From Podarcis cretensis (Eukaryota), in assembly GCA_951804945.1 (NCBI GenBank), contig OX638151.1, positions 69,006,001 to 69,070,000 of the forward strand: a stretch of 64,000 nt of DNA, written 5' to 3'. Every line of letters starts with the position of its first letter. The stretch's first letter is position 1. Shown piece after piece: positions 1 through 12,798 of the stretch. The position numbers and the translations under genes are program-made. The notes under the pieces are model-generated. The model had not been told where the DNA came from. It worked only from the letters and a program-made list of their open reading frames with translations, and ran no database searches.

Positions 1-30
1 TGATTGTTTCCATCATAAATATAATGTGTG

Positions 31-246
31 GTATCCATCTAAACAATTCCACTAGCACAATGAGTTTTAACTTCCCAACCCCCTCCTCTCCTCACAAGCT
101 CGCTGCCGCCACCACCACCACCACTCAAAAAAACAAATCTGTTCTGGAGGCTTGAGGGAGGACCAGATGTGGTGGCAAGTGAGGAAGGACGAAGTTCTGT
201 TGCCCAGCTAAAAGTCCTTTTGCTATTGGAACTGTTTAGTTTGATA
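31..246. mobile_element. Old non-autonomous DNA transposon (similar architecture at ~61432-61672)
   Basis: ~40-bp imperfect inverted ends: tatccatctaaacaattccactagcacaa versus ttttgctattggaactgtttagtttgata. Confidence 0.45.
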
Positions 247-455
247 TTTTAATTATTATTTAAACAATAATAATAATAATAAATAATAATTAAAATATCA
301 CACTAAAATTATGCTTCTAAAGGGTACCACCACATTCTAATATGTATGTCAAGAATATACACAGTGCGGTATGTTCAAACCAAGGCCTATACCTCAGCAT
401 TAGCTCTCTCACTTCATTCCGTTCTCATATGCTGCTTTCTTCTTTTTCTTTCCAG

Positions 456-476
456 CCAAGCCTAAAGAAACTAAAA
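456..476 (+). CDS. TRDN: Triadin micro-exon, 21 nt, phase 1-1 (xKPKETK)
   Basis: Strong pyrimidine tract ttctttttctttccAG, donor GTatgt, Lys-rich open frame, in frame with the downstream TRDN exons. Confidence 0.75.
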
Positions 477-627
477 GTATGTGCCTTAGTACATTTATAA
501 CAATAGAAAACTAACTTTGCATGCATGGTAACAGAGCTATTCTCTGTTTTTCTTCATTCAGTCCTCTGAAATAGTTGTGCTAATTATGCTACTGCTGAGA
601 CCTGCAGGTATTGGGTGGTTTACAAAT

Positions 628-628
<1 letters not shown>

Positions 629-665
<37 letters not shown>
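629..665. repeat. (AAT)n microsatellite (another at 1051-1088)
   Basis: Direct reading; both follow L2-like tail stubs. Confidence 0.95.
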
Positions 666-666
<1 letters not shown>

Positions 667-1049
667 TGTGCAGAAGATTCTGATCTAGCAGAGGGACTCC
701 ACAGGTGAAATGGGGGGGGGGAGGAAGCAATCTCACTGCTTACCTCCCTCCCCCTGCAGCCCCCACATCTGTTCCAGATACTGGGGTTACTATTCAGAAC
801 AGTGTGGAGAGTGACACTAGGAGCTGCAAAAGGAAAGGGAACTTGGCAAAAACACCTCTCCCTACCCTCATTTCTCTGGCAAGAACATCTTGATATTTTT
901 AGGACCCACCTTATTTCTGTAACATTGGGTTGCTTAAAACTGGTTTTAATATTGTGTAATACTAAAATTGTGTTTTAATATTAACATTGCGTTGTTGCAA
1001 CCCACGCTGGAAGCATAGTGTAAAGGGTGGGTTAGTAGTATTAGTATTA

Positions 1050-1088
<39 letters not shown>

Positions 1089-1337
1089 GTTGCAGAACTT
1101 AACTTAGCAAATGCTACTAGCAGTAAAAAGAATGCAGAATCCAACCTCCTGAGTTTATGGCACATCCTATGCATTTCTGCTCAGAAGGAAGGCTCACTGA
1201 GTTCTGCTTCTGAGCAGGCATGCATAGGATTGTGTTGTAAATGCAATTTGCATGCAGAAGAATATTTTGCACTTTTTGCACTTATAAGGAGGTGTTTTAT
1301 ACATATGCCTTTTTAAAAATAAAAAGATCTCGAGCTA

Positions 1338-1476
1338 AAGCCCCACTTGCCCATGAAGAACACTAACCTTGGGCCACTGACCACTTCACAGCCCAACCTC
1401 CCTCACAGATTTGACGTGAGGGTAAAATGAGAAATTTCCCATCTCCTTGGAGAAAGGGTGAGATTTAAATGCAATA
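1338..1476 (+). mobile_element. Degraded Squam3-like SINE
   Basis: cagcccaacctccctcacag..gtgagggtaaaatgag...ctccttggagaaagggtgagatttaaatgcaata. Confidence 0.45.
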
Positions 1477-1853
1477 ACACGGCCTACAGCATAGGATTAG
1501 ATTTAGAACTCCTGATTCAATTCCAATCGATGAAAGTCCATGAAATATGTATAACGATTCACTGCTTTGCGGAAAGCAATATTAAGTAAAATAGGAAGAA
1601 TTGGCCACACTGCAATCTAAATGTAATTAAACGGGGTTTTGGATAGATTACGTGAGAGAATATGAGCTGCTGCTGCTGTTCTTGGTAGGTATACCTTTTT
1701 ATGATTTATGCAGACTGCCCAGTGGGTTAGAAACAGTGTGTATCCATTAGAGAATTACTGTGGTCAGATAGCACTTTGCTGCAAAACAAAAAACAGAAAA
1801 CAGAATGACTGGTGAAAATTTTCTAGCAAAGCCTTGCTGTGCTATTCCCAATG

Positions 1854-1872
1854 GAGCCAGCAGATGGCAGCG
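1854..1872 (+). promoter_or_regulatory. Candidate CTCF site
   Basis: GCCAGCAGATGGCAGC fits the core consensus CCASYAGRKGGCRS; an upstream-motif-like TGCTATTCC lies just 5'. Confidence 0.55.
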
Positions 1873-3025
1873 ATCCTTATGAATGTTTGTTTTAAAGACT
1901 TTCGCAGAATTTGGTGTCTAGAATGCATTGCCACAAAATGCATACTTTGTTCTGCCTTATCCTAGGAAACACACAGAGAGTGTGTTCATGTAGTTTTAGT
2001 TTACTGATATGACAACCAACATTTTTTACTATAGATTTTCTGAGCATCTCACTGGGAAGAGAAAGGGTGAAACTTCAGAAATATTTATACAACCAAATCT
2101 ATCAATGCAGTGACTATTTCACATCTCTTGGTATAACAACAGACTGTTGTAGCGCAGGATTTCAAAATATATCAAGTTAATTAACTATGGATTTATAACC
2201 TCTTTGTAATCTTTGTGCTAGATCATGCAAATATATTTGCACTTAAAGGAAACCCTAAATTATCTACACATAGATAATAATAGCAATCAAGGAAATTAAT
2301 TAGCACTGTATTTTTTAAAAAATAATTACTAATTCATCCTATTTCCATTTATCTTTAATTAATTGCCTGTGGCACGAGTTGATAATTTTGCAACATCAGA
2401 AGCTTTATTCACATTAAAATAATTGTTAATGCATGCTGATTGCTTTAAAAGAAGTTCTGTTGTGACTTGATGCCTAAAATAGGAGACAATGTTTTTCTAA
2501 TGAAACAGTGATTATCTCATTATCATAGAAATGCCATTATTGATGCCAAGATTATTTTGGAAGAAGTATTTGAACAAGGTAGTGCTGGGTTTTGTTTCTT
2601 TCCAGTGATCTCAAAGGTAATAGAGATGGAAGGTTCACAATGAAACCAGAATATGTACCAAAGCAGAAACAATGCCTCATTATATCATGGGAGAATAACG
2701 TCTGACTTAAGTGTTTTGAGTCTGAAAAGGATTGTGATGGCCCATTATTAAAGATTTGCATTTCCCAAATTACATAGACTTGAATCCAAACATGTGCTTG
2801 TGCATGGTAGCGACACCCCACAGGGTTGTAGTGCTTACCTTTAAAATGTGATATTTTTATGCATGTACCCAGGAAAGTCGTGTGCCCAGTGTCAAATTAA
2901 TAGCTCATGCACATGTTAACAAAAGTGCCATCGTATCCAATTATCAAGATCTTCCGCTTATTTCCTTCCTCTTTTTCTAATTTTTTATTCTTATTTCCAT
3001 ATACTCATGCATACCTTCCTTGAAG

Positions 3026-3052
3026 AACCATCAGCTGAAATCACAGTAGCAG
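3026..3052 (+). CDS. TRDN: Triadin micro-exon, 27 nt (KPSAEITVA)
   Basis: ccttccttgaAG acceptor and cag|GTaaac donor; position and peptide resemble human GTSEVTES (recalled). Confidence 0.65.
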
Positions 3053-3848
3053 GTAAACATCATACCCCCCCCCCCCTTAGATATTGAGCAATAAGAACAG
3101 GTTCACCATTTGACTTAACGGAGCCTAGCATTTCTAGATCTTTAGCTCATAAAAACTGCCATATCCACTGAGCTCCATGAAAACTGATTAGACTTGCCTT
3201 ATCAAAGGATTTGGCTGAAACTGTCAGTTTATTTTATTCATTCACAGTTGCTGCAACTGTAACTCGAGACTTATTGGGAACAAGTCCTATTGAAATCAGT
3301 GGGATTTGCTTCTGCATAGGATTGGGCACGCCAGGTCCTTAGGAGTTTGATCTAGGTTGGTCTGATTAGTGGCAGCCCAGCTTGAAGCTTAGCAGATGGT
3401 TTGTGCTGTAGAAGACACTCAACCAATCTGTATTAAAGTGAGCCAGATCAGGTTGGGGGGGGGGGCGGGAGGGGATGAACCAAAGCAGACTGCCAGATAG
3501 TTGCTGCTGTTCTCAGCAGGGAATGGCGAAAGTGCCTGCAGCACTGCACCTTTGTTAATTTCAGTCTGCCTCCTTGTGTGAAGACACAGATGATTGACTC
3601 TGTTCTCAGAAGCCTGAAAAAGAGCATATGTGTATTCCAGAAGGTTTTGAGATATGGCTCAATGGAAGTCCATAGAGCGGCACAGAATGGTGCAAATATA
3701 GTAACTAGGCCACTGCTGGTCACATTCGCTCTTGCTACTGCTGATGGAGCGACACAGCAGACATGTCCTTCAGGTGCTTTTAAAACTAAAGTGTGCAAAT
3801 ATTCAAGGCTACTAAGGTTTAATCATTATGCCTTGGAAATCTCCCCAG

Positions 3849-3884
3849 CCAAGAAAAAAGAGACGCCTTTGACGGAAAAAGAAG
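3849..3884 (+). CDS. TRDN: Triadin micro-exon, 36 nt (AKKKETPLTEKE)
   Basis: ctccccAG acceptor, aag|GTaagg donor; resembles human KKKTEISEKE. Confidence 0.8.
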
Positions 3885-4038
3885 GTAAGGGCTCGATTTC
3901 TTTAAACGGTCGTTATATTGCAGATGTGCAAATTCCTCCCCCCCCCCATCCCGAAAAAAGAATTAACAATGTGCATTGCGTATTTTGATTTTCAGCTTCT
4001 TATACTGTACTTTATTTCTCACTTCTTGGTCTACACAG

Positions 4039-4083
4039 GGAAAAAGGTGGAGAAGGCACATTTTAAAGAAAAAAAGGTCACAG
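4039..4083 (+). CDS. TRDN: Triadin micro-exon, 45 nt (GKKVEKAHFKEKKVT)
   Basis: Pyrimidine tract then acacAG, cag|GTaata donor; resembles human KADMKHLREEKVST. Confidence 0.8.
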
Positions 4084-5640
4084 GTAATACAAAGAGCTAC
4101 ATATAAAACCTCATAAGGGGTTTTATATTTCATGGGATTTTCTTTACAGTAACAGGAAGAACAGCAAAATTCTAGAGTATTATATTCAGCTAAAATAATA
4201 AGAGTGTGCTTAGCTTTCCCACAAAGCAATTAAATCAAACTCCTGCAGAACTCACCCAACAGAGATGGCTAACGCACATGTTTCTATGCCTGTATACTCA
4301 AAAGAATTATCTGGCCTGCACATCACATTGTTATATGCCATCCGCCCTCCATCATCAGGATATATCAGGAACATTGGACACAATTATTTATTTTTCCTGC
4401 ATGGAGAACAGCTCTGTGTAGAAAGAAGTGTGAAGCATGAGTATCGGTCGTATGGCAGCCCAGAAGTGATGAGCTGATTTACATTCCATGTTGAAGAAAA
4501 TATCTCTCTGTACATCTTATATATATACTGTAGTGGAAATGTGTGCTGGGCCAACCTGTGGCAGCTACACAAAAACACACACAAATAAACCTTACATATC
4601 AACCAATGCTTCGAGAAATGAATCTGTGCCATCTCCACACACCGAATTCAGACCAACCCAACTTTTGGCACACTTTGTTGTGATGTTCCAAAACGTAAGC
4701 TATCCTGAATGAGACACAATAGTGTGGCTCTTTATCTGAGCATACATTATAGAAACTTCTTAATCATTGGGGGGAATAGGCTATAATGCTGTATAAAGAG
4801 CTTCTGTAAAAGCTCCATTTAAATTCTGCTTTCTGCTAATTACCCAAGGAGTGCAACACCTCAGAAATGCTACAAGATTCTAGTGAGGAAGCAACTTTGG
4901 AGGTGCTGCTGGGAGCTTTGTCAAATGCACTCCCCATAATTTTTTTACTAGAACAGAAAGCAATGTGTGATATTTAATAGTGGATTCCTTATAAGTATTT
5001 TCAAATGACAGCTAGGGAAATATAACATTGGATGCATTCCTTAATTTATTTCTTTTTAAAAGGCGAGAAATAACGTTCTTAATTTTCAGTTCTCAGCAGC
5101 CAATTGAAACATTTTCTGCTCTTAAGTAATAATCTCTAAATGATTCTCTAACCCAAGAATGATAGCTCCAAGAGACCAGGATGTGCTTTTTCTTCCCCAT
5201 AATTCTGCACATTGTAACCATGATTGCATATGTCCAGATTGTAGAAGAATTGCAGATGACCTCCTTTGTTAAGTGTGGATGTTCACAAGATGGTACAATG
5301 TCAGATATTAATAGTAGCATTTATGAAACTTACAACTTCTAGAGTAGCTCAGAGACTTCACAGTTACCAAGGCTCAAGAGCTTCCCTGAGCTGTATCCCT
5401 TCATCTCCCTGAAGTTTTAAGATTTCTACTGCCATTAACTAAACAGTAGCATTACAAAGCTCCCTCTCAACAGTCCTATTTCTCTGTGTTGTCGGGGTGG
5501 GGGTGAACAAACATATTGCGATTCTGTGTAATTTGTAGGCATGTTTGGCAAAAGATTTGATCTAGTTAAAATACAGATTTTGGCATGAAAATTAACATGA
5601 AACCTGGGCCCAGCCCTAGTTTAGAGACATTGGTACAAAT

Positions 5641-6085
5641 AATAATAATAATAAATTTATTTATATCCCACCCAAAGCCGGGCTCAGAGCAGCTAACATC
5701 ATACAAATAAAACAATGCATAAAAAACAAGCGATCAATAAATTAAGATACATCCCACAATTAATACAAACAAATTAAAATTAAAACCGGACAAGCGGCAA
5801 TCTTCAGGTTAAAATTGAAGGCTGTTACCAACTGTTTCCACTGATATTATAAGCACCTGTGAGCGGGCTGGGAACCTCCATCATGCTTGTTCTTATACAA
5901 GGAGAAAATGAGTCAGACTGAACCCTGACCAAAGGCCTGGCGGAACAGCTCCATCTTGCAGGCCCTGCGTAAAGATGTCAAATCCCACAGTCTCTTATGA
6001 GAGAGTGTTCCACGAGGCCGAGGCCATGGCCATAAAGGCACTGGCTCTGATCGAGGCCAATCTGATCTCTCTGAGGCCCAAAATC
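5641..6085 (-). mobile_element. L2 LINE 3' fragment
   Basis: Minus-strand L2-type C-terminus SLRRACKMELFRQAF, T-rich UTR, stem-loop tail and (ATT)n end. Confidence 0.75.
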
Positions 6086-6540
6086 TATATAGGATCATGC
6101 TGCTTAGATAGTTTCTTATGAAGTATCCGATTAGAACCTCTTATTCTGCAGCACATTGCCAAAAGAATGTCCCTTTCCTTATTTTTTTTTGTGTTTTGGT
6201 TTTAATTGAGCATTTTGTTTAAATGCCCAATTCCAGTGATTTCTAAGAAATTAAAATGTGTTTAACAGGGCACCAAAATGTGATATTAGCATCAGAAATA
6301 TTACTGCTGTTGTTGTTTTAACCTGCACAATGCGTGTGACTTAAGGGGGTAATATGCAACTGTTGTTGTTGTTGTTGTTGTTGTTGTTGCTGTTATAACC
6401 CGCCCATCTGGCTGGGTTTCCCCAGGCACTCTGGGTGTCTTACAACATATATAAAACATAGTAGGTTTAATGAGGAACTTTAGTGCCTAAATTGACCTTG
6501 GGAATGTAAACGAATTGGATCTTTCTGTTTTGCTTAACAG

Positions 6541-6585
6541 TCCCAGCAGTAAAGGAAACCCACTACCATCACAATGTGACAACAG
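6541..6585 (+). CDS. TRDN: Triadin micro-exon, 45 nt (VPAVKETHYHHNVTT)
   Basis: ctttctgttttgcttaacAG acceptor, cag|GTaatc donor; KE..HNVT matches human KESLQLHNVTK. Confidence 0.85.
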
Positions 6586-8121
6586 GTAATCAACAGTTTT
6601 TTGCTCTAAGTTTCCAAAGTCACCCAGTTCTCTAATGGCTACATGTGTACTGCTCAAGCTGAATATTAGTAAGGATGAACATATAAACATTAGCCAACCC
6701 AGAGAAAATAGGCCTTCTTAAATCCAATTAAAATGAATGGGTTTTGTCTATTAATGGGCATAATATGCCATAATTGAATGTTACTTTTGAATTCAATGGA
6801 ACTTACCAACAACTTTCTCTCAGTTTGAGCCAAGGATCATACATGATGATTTCCCATGTTTGTTTTCAGTGTTTCTTACTTTGGCAAGCTGGTCACCTGT
6901 ACTGTCATGTGTGTTGGCGAGGATAACTCTATCACTCCCCTACTTTACCAGATTTTTTTGCTCAGATAAGATTTCCCATGTTACTTGACAGCACTGTACT
7001 GGTGGTCTTTGTTCCTGCACATGATCCCACTCGATTATAATCTTTGCTAATCAGCCTTATTCACTTGAAATTATTGACCACATATGTCAATTGAAGTAGT
7101 TGGAGATAAACAGATTTCTTATATGCCTGCTGGATTTTAGTGAGCAAAACAGATTAATACAGAAAGTGTGTCCTCTTTCCCCTTTTGTCCACCCTACAAA
7201 AACACATGAGAAAAAGAAGGAAATCCTCAGTGGTGCTGTTTACAATACAAATCCACCTAACTGCACATTTCTTTTCCCAAAGTATAGAGGGATAGATTAT
7301 GAGTTGGTGCAATTCACACACATCCAGGATTCTCCCATAGCATTCTGTGAGGAATGAAATGTTCATGTGGTTTATAAAACATAGACTGGTTTTGAAGAGA
7401 TGTAGTCACTAGTTGTTTGGCTGACCTGGGAGCTACAACCAGAGCAGGTTGGACTCCATTATAATAAAAAATGAAGGGCATGTTTATGAATGTATACTTT
7501 GAGTTTGGATTGCCAATCTGCCAGCCCCATAATCACTCCCAAGTGCGGTACATGCCCAGGATCCCACCACTCACAACAATGGCTCTCTTCATTTTTCAGT
7601 GGCAGAAGCCCTACATAACAACCTATGTGCCATTTTACTTGCCTAATGCATGTTTAGATCATATTAAAGGTGTTTTCTTAAATTAGTATTACGAATCAGT
7701 TGCAGTCTGAGTGCAGATCGCATAAATTGGAGCTTTACATTTCCTCTTTATTCTCATAAGTAAAGTTGCACCCCAGGGAAAGATGAATGAATTAGGTAGC
7801 AAGTAGGAAGACAAGTGAAGCTGTGTCTCTTGCTGGAGCTTATTGTTTTTTCAAACACGTTTACCCTTTGCACCCACCATGGTAGATAACAGTAGGGTTT
7901 CTTAGATGTTTGCCTGGGCAAAGAAACATTCTCCAATCACATTATCAAAGAAGTTGTTCAAGGGCATATTGTCATCATCACTGCCTGACAACTTCATATA
8001 TTCATCTGAGTTAACTTCATCAAAACCTGTATTAATAAGCAAAGAGGGTGGCTGTTATGTTGTTCAATTGTCTTTCAAGTTCTCTCTGTCTCTCTGACAT
8101 ACAACTTTCTTTCCTTTGCAG

Positions 8122-8148
8122 ACAAGATTTCAAAAGCTGCAAGAGCAA
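8122..8148 (+). CDS. TRDN: Triadin micro-exon, 27 nt (DKISKAARA)
   Basis: Strong acceptor ctttctttcctttgcAG and consensus donor GTaagt; resembles human AEKPARVS. Confidence 0.8.
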
Positions 8149-8534
8149 GTAAGTTCTGCTTAGGGTTAACAACACTGCAAACTTCTTTGATTCTCAGGTG
8201 ACATATAGTACATGTCAATACTGTACAAAACACAACTTGGGTTATCAAAAAATATTGTTATTTATTCTGTCAGGGACTGAGAAAGAATGAGTCATTTGCC
8301 CTTGAAAACTTCATAGGCCTATCGGGAAATGTAATACATTTTTAACCCTAAAATATAAATGTACTACTCCTGATGCTGCTATTCTGTTATGGGATTTGAA
8401 CAAGAAGTCAATTTTCATAAGAGCAAAGGGTTTTGTTCTGTTGCCACTTGCACATGAGAAATAATGGGAAATTCTAGACACTGTGGTTTCCATGTGGACC
8501 ACACCAGACAGTCAATCAGGCTTTCCAATAAGAT

Positions 8535-8692
8535 AAAGGTACAGACCCCTGGACAGTTAAGTGCAATCAGATTCGAGTATGGGGTGCAGCACTCATCTCC
8601 GCTTTCAGGCCAAGGAAGCCAACATTTGTCCTCAGACAGCTTTTCTGGATCATGTGGCCAGCATGACTAAACGGTTTCTGGTGCATGGAACA
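8535..8692 (-). mobile_element. Sauria SINE 3' portion
   Basis: aaaggtacagacccctggacagttaag...catgtggccagcatgactaa matches the reverse of the recalled Sauria SINE 3' half. Confidence 0.75.
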
Positions 8693-11600
8693 CTGCAGTT
8701 GCTTCGACAGAATTCCTGAATTTTGCTGCTAAGGTTGGTGGCAGTTTGCAGGTAGCTAAAACAGAAAATGTAAGCCCACAGAAACAAATGCACACCCCTA
8801 CCAAATGAAAGATGCAGGTAATTGAATGTTACAGTGACTGAATTGCCTTAAAGACACGGGTCTTCATCCCCATTATCCTGCAATATATTTTGGTTTTTTT
8901 CTTATAATTTGGCATACTAAATCCCTTATGCTAGTAGGTTAGCAAACTACAAATTTCCAACCCACTTTGATACCAGTGCTTAGGTTCAGGGCAATGCAAA
9001 TGTAAGACTTACAAACTGTAAGAAGAGATCTGACAGATGACAGCTTAATGATGCAATTCACAGGCCAGTGATGGCATTTTCATTCTTTTAAATGGATGGG
9101 GATTATTGTCACAGAGAGGGGTATCTGTGTGTATCTTTTTGCACTTTGCAAACCAGTATTGAATATAATCCTCTACTGGCTCTAAGACTAATTAGTTAAC
9201 TTTGCATGTTGAAGAAATGATTAGACCTGGTTTTGTTTTTATTATGTTCTTATCTACCCCAAACATAGGTGATCTGTTCAATACCCAACCTATGGCAGAG
9301 TAAAATGGAGGACAATAACACTCTTTAAAAACTGGGCATGTATAAACACTGCACAACCAGGAATCATATTTTCAATTCCAAATAGGGGTTGAGATTAATG
9401 TTAGATTAAGGTCCTGTGCAATTATCTGAGGATATCTCTGTGTGGAGGGTGTGACAATCTCGTTTCCTTTTTGGACTCCGGCAAAATTTTATTGTAGGCC
9501 AGAATGGTAGTTATTGTTTCCTGATCATCTAAAAAAGGTACATCTTCCACGTTGTAGAAACCCTTTAAATATTGCCCACTGGCCTACTTGATTACAAATA
9601 TGGCAGCCCCTTTACAATTAGTGAAGCCAGGGATGGAGGTGCCTGCCTCTTGCTGTGTGTGTGTTCCTCATGTAAAGAACAGCCTCCCCCCCCCCAAAAA
9701 AAACCCTCCCTCCATCATAACCCCCACAAAAGAGCCTAATGCTGTTTGCCTTTCATCAGAAGAACACAGAGAGAGCCCTTATATAACCACACTCTGGTTA
9801 ACCTCAGTTGCTGGCAGGGGAGGGGGGAGACTTCTGCAGCATTAGGCATCCATCCATGAACCCAAGCTAGGCAAAATACCTCCCAGCATAAAGTCATACG
9901 ATACTGTGCTTCAATTACAAGCCATCAGTTTCTATTAGAGATGTGTGTGGTTTTTCGAGGGTTTCTTTTAGTGCACATTCCAGACTGAAAAGAGGATAAT
10001 GGGGTTTCCTCAAAAACAGGTGTCTTTCCCCAACCGACTACCTAATAGGTTACATTTAGTATTTCAAGGGACTGCCATTTTTAAAAGGTGGGTGAATTGT
10101 CTTGGAACATTTTTGACCTTTCATTTTGTTATATGTAAGGTAGAACTTGTTCATCATCTCCTCCAGCATCTTGAAATATGCCAACAGTGGCCTAGAGGTT
10201 GAGGGTTTTTTTCCTGCTGTAGTGCCAGTGAACAATAAAGACTAGGGTGGCTGTAGAAGTATATGTGGATCAAAAGAAAATAAATAAATAAATAAATAAA
10301 TAAATAAATGTAGCATCTAAACCAGCCTTCCCAACTGGCTCCCCTCCTGATGTTTTGGACCTCCATCTTCCTTTATAAAAAAAAAGAAATCTGGTAAGAA
10401 ATAAAGAATAGAATAAAATAACAAAACAAAAGGAAAAGTTGTGTGACAAAGGGGGGGTTCACAGCTGTTACCACATAAAGTACATTCTCAAGGGATAATA
10501 TTACACAATGAATTAGATGTTGCAACAAAAACTGACCTGATATAAAGAGAATACAAAACAAATGTTATGATTAGCAAATAAAACCATGTTTCATTGAGAC
10601 CTGCCATCCCCATAATTAACCTGTCATGGTTGCCAAATGAAGACAAAATCAATAGGTTTAGCTGCACCCCAAGATACCCTTAATTTATGAGTCAGTTTTT
10701 TTCAGAAATAAGGATAAAACATTAATTTATTAAACAAAATGTGTAAAGAAAAGTCAAGGACTCCTTCTAGCCCTGTAATTTGGTCAAAGGAGCAGCATAT
10801 GTTTTAGGGACCATATATTGATTAGCACGTAGGACTAGACTAAGGTTCAAATCCCCACTCAACTTGTGATACCAGTTTACGCAGTTGCGGCTTCCCTTAA
10901 AAAATCCTGGAAGTTGTAGTTTGTTAAGAGTGCTGAGAGTGGTTAGGGCTTAGCACCTTTTGACGTCTTGCCTGTATTTTGCCTGTATTGTCACCTCTGC
11001 TTGTCATATCTTCATCTTCCATGATCTGCTTCTTGACTACCAGTCCTGACTTCAAGGTTTGTTTGCTTGCCAGTGATGGAGGCAGAGTTTCTGTTCCTCT
11101 TCTTTCTCAGGGGCTCCCACTTCTTGGACAGCTCAGTTTCTTTTGGTTAAACCCCCTTGTTCCTGGTCAACTTATTTCTTCTGCAGTGGTATCCTTCACA
11201 CACCATTTGAAGAGTTCAAAGAAGGGATAATAGCTGGTGAACACACTCCCAATGCCCAGGCTGAGTACTTTGTAGCCTAGGCAGAGGCCCAGGGAGGTTT
11301 TCTGCCCTGTCATCACTATAGATTTACTGAAATTGTTTGATTTCATTAGAAAATGACTTAACCCAAATAAAGGGTCAGTAATCAGGGGTGCAGGGCAGGG
11401 AGGAAAGGGAGGACATTTACCTTTGTGCAATAATAAATCCTTGTGCTAATGAAATATTTGCCTTAGCACTATGTTGAATTTTCCATCCAAAATGTTGATC
11501 CTGTCTTCAATTAACGTGTCAATACAAATGAATAATTATTTTGTTTTTTTCACATTGTCTCTTAAGAAAAACCTGTCTGCATCGCCATTTCTGCCAAACT

Positions 11601-12228
11601 ACTTTGCTTTAATTAAAAATGTCTGCTGGGTGATCTGCTTCTGACACATATAACTCATTACATATTTTGCTCATGGTGGAATTGCCCAGAGATGCCTCTA
11701 ATTAGCCAAAATAACAGGTTTTTTATATTCAAATCAAGATTCATGGCTTGATTTTATTTTTTTACAGTCTTTAAACAACTTTGAAGAAGACCAGCATCAA
11801 TAGTTTATGGCGTTTTCATAACAGAGGAGGGATTTAATTGGTTTAGTGAAGGTTTAGTGGTATGTTTTATGCTCAAGTACAGATGCCTCATTCTTACCTG
11901 GCTTCCTTTTGTGTGTAGGGAAAAGTGGCAATTATTCATCGGTGTGTCTTCAATAATTAGCCGAGTGAGAATGTATGCATATGTGTCTAGGGAGGTTCAT
12001 GTGACCCTCCACAAACACTGAAATAACACAAGGGGCATTGTGGGGCTGCAAAGGCTAGCCTCACCAGAGGCTCACTCACATAAAGGTTCCCCCTTGTATG
12101 GAGAATCTTTTCTTGGGTGTATGTGCCCAAGTTCAAAATGTATCATGCAAGAAACAAATGCATGGCACAAGGATTTAAGAAAAGAAGAAAGCTTTCTTGG
12201 AAAACTTGACTGGTTGTGTTGATACACA

Positions 12229-12378
12229 GGGCCTGGATAGCTCAGTTGGTTAGAGCATGGTGCTGATAATGCCAAGGTTTCAGGTTCAATCCCTGTATAG
12301 GCCAGCTACATTTTCCTACATTGCAGGGGGTTGGACTAGATGATCCTCAGGGTTCCTTCCAATTCTATAATTCTATGA
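12229..12378 (+). mobile_element. tRNA-Ile-derived SINE with CR1-type tail
   Basis: Head tagctcagttggttagagcatggtgctgataatgccaagg with B box ggttcaatcc; tail ttggactagatgatcc...ccttccaattctataattctatga. Confidence 0.85.
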
Positions 12379-12759
12379 TAAACAAGAGCAGATGAGAAAG
12401 GACATGTATAATACATGGTAACTGAACAGGATACACACACACATACAGCTAAGGGCTTACACTTTTAGCTGCAGGAACCAGGGTCACTGGTATACTCCAT
12501 TTAGCTTTGTTGCTTCAGAAGATGATGGAAAGTCCAAATAATTATTATGCAAAAATATATATTTGCATATATATATTTGATAAGGAAGAGTTCCTCGTAA
12601 ATACATAGTTTTGGGGTTGTGCCGGTCACATTCTGCCTTCCTTCTAGAGGCCTGATTTTTTCAGACTCTTATCAGCCCAATCCTGTCATCTGAATCTAGA
12701 ATTGGGAACTGACTGTAAGACTCAGGAGAAGGTTAGCCACCCTGCTGCAGTGTCTGTGT

Positions 12760-12798
<39 letters not shown>

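Noticed and set aside
962-1316. ORFs with poly-Ile runs that look like membrane segments
   Set aside because: They are translations of an (AAT)n microsatellite
3578-4106. 136-aa and 62-aa ORFs as independent genes
   Set aside because: Only the embedded 36-nt and 45-nt TRDN exons have splice and homology support; the rest is open intron
10373-10561. A-rich L1-like UTR stub
   Set aside because: Composition only; no coding remnant or TSD to confirm it
12229-12303. Functional tRNA-Ile(GAT) gene
   Set aside because: Degenerate stems, and it runs directly into a CR1-type tail, so it is a SINE head
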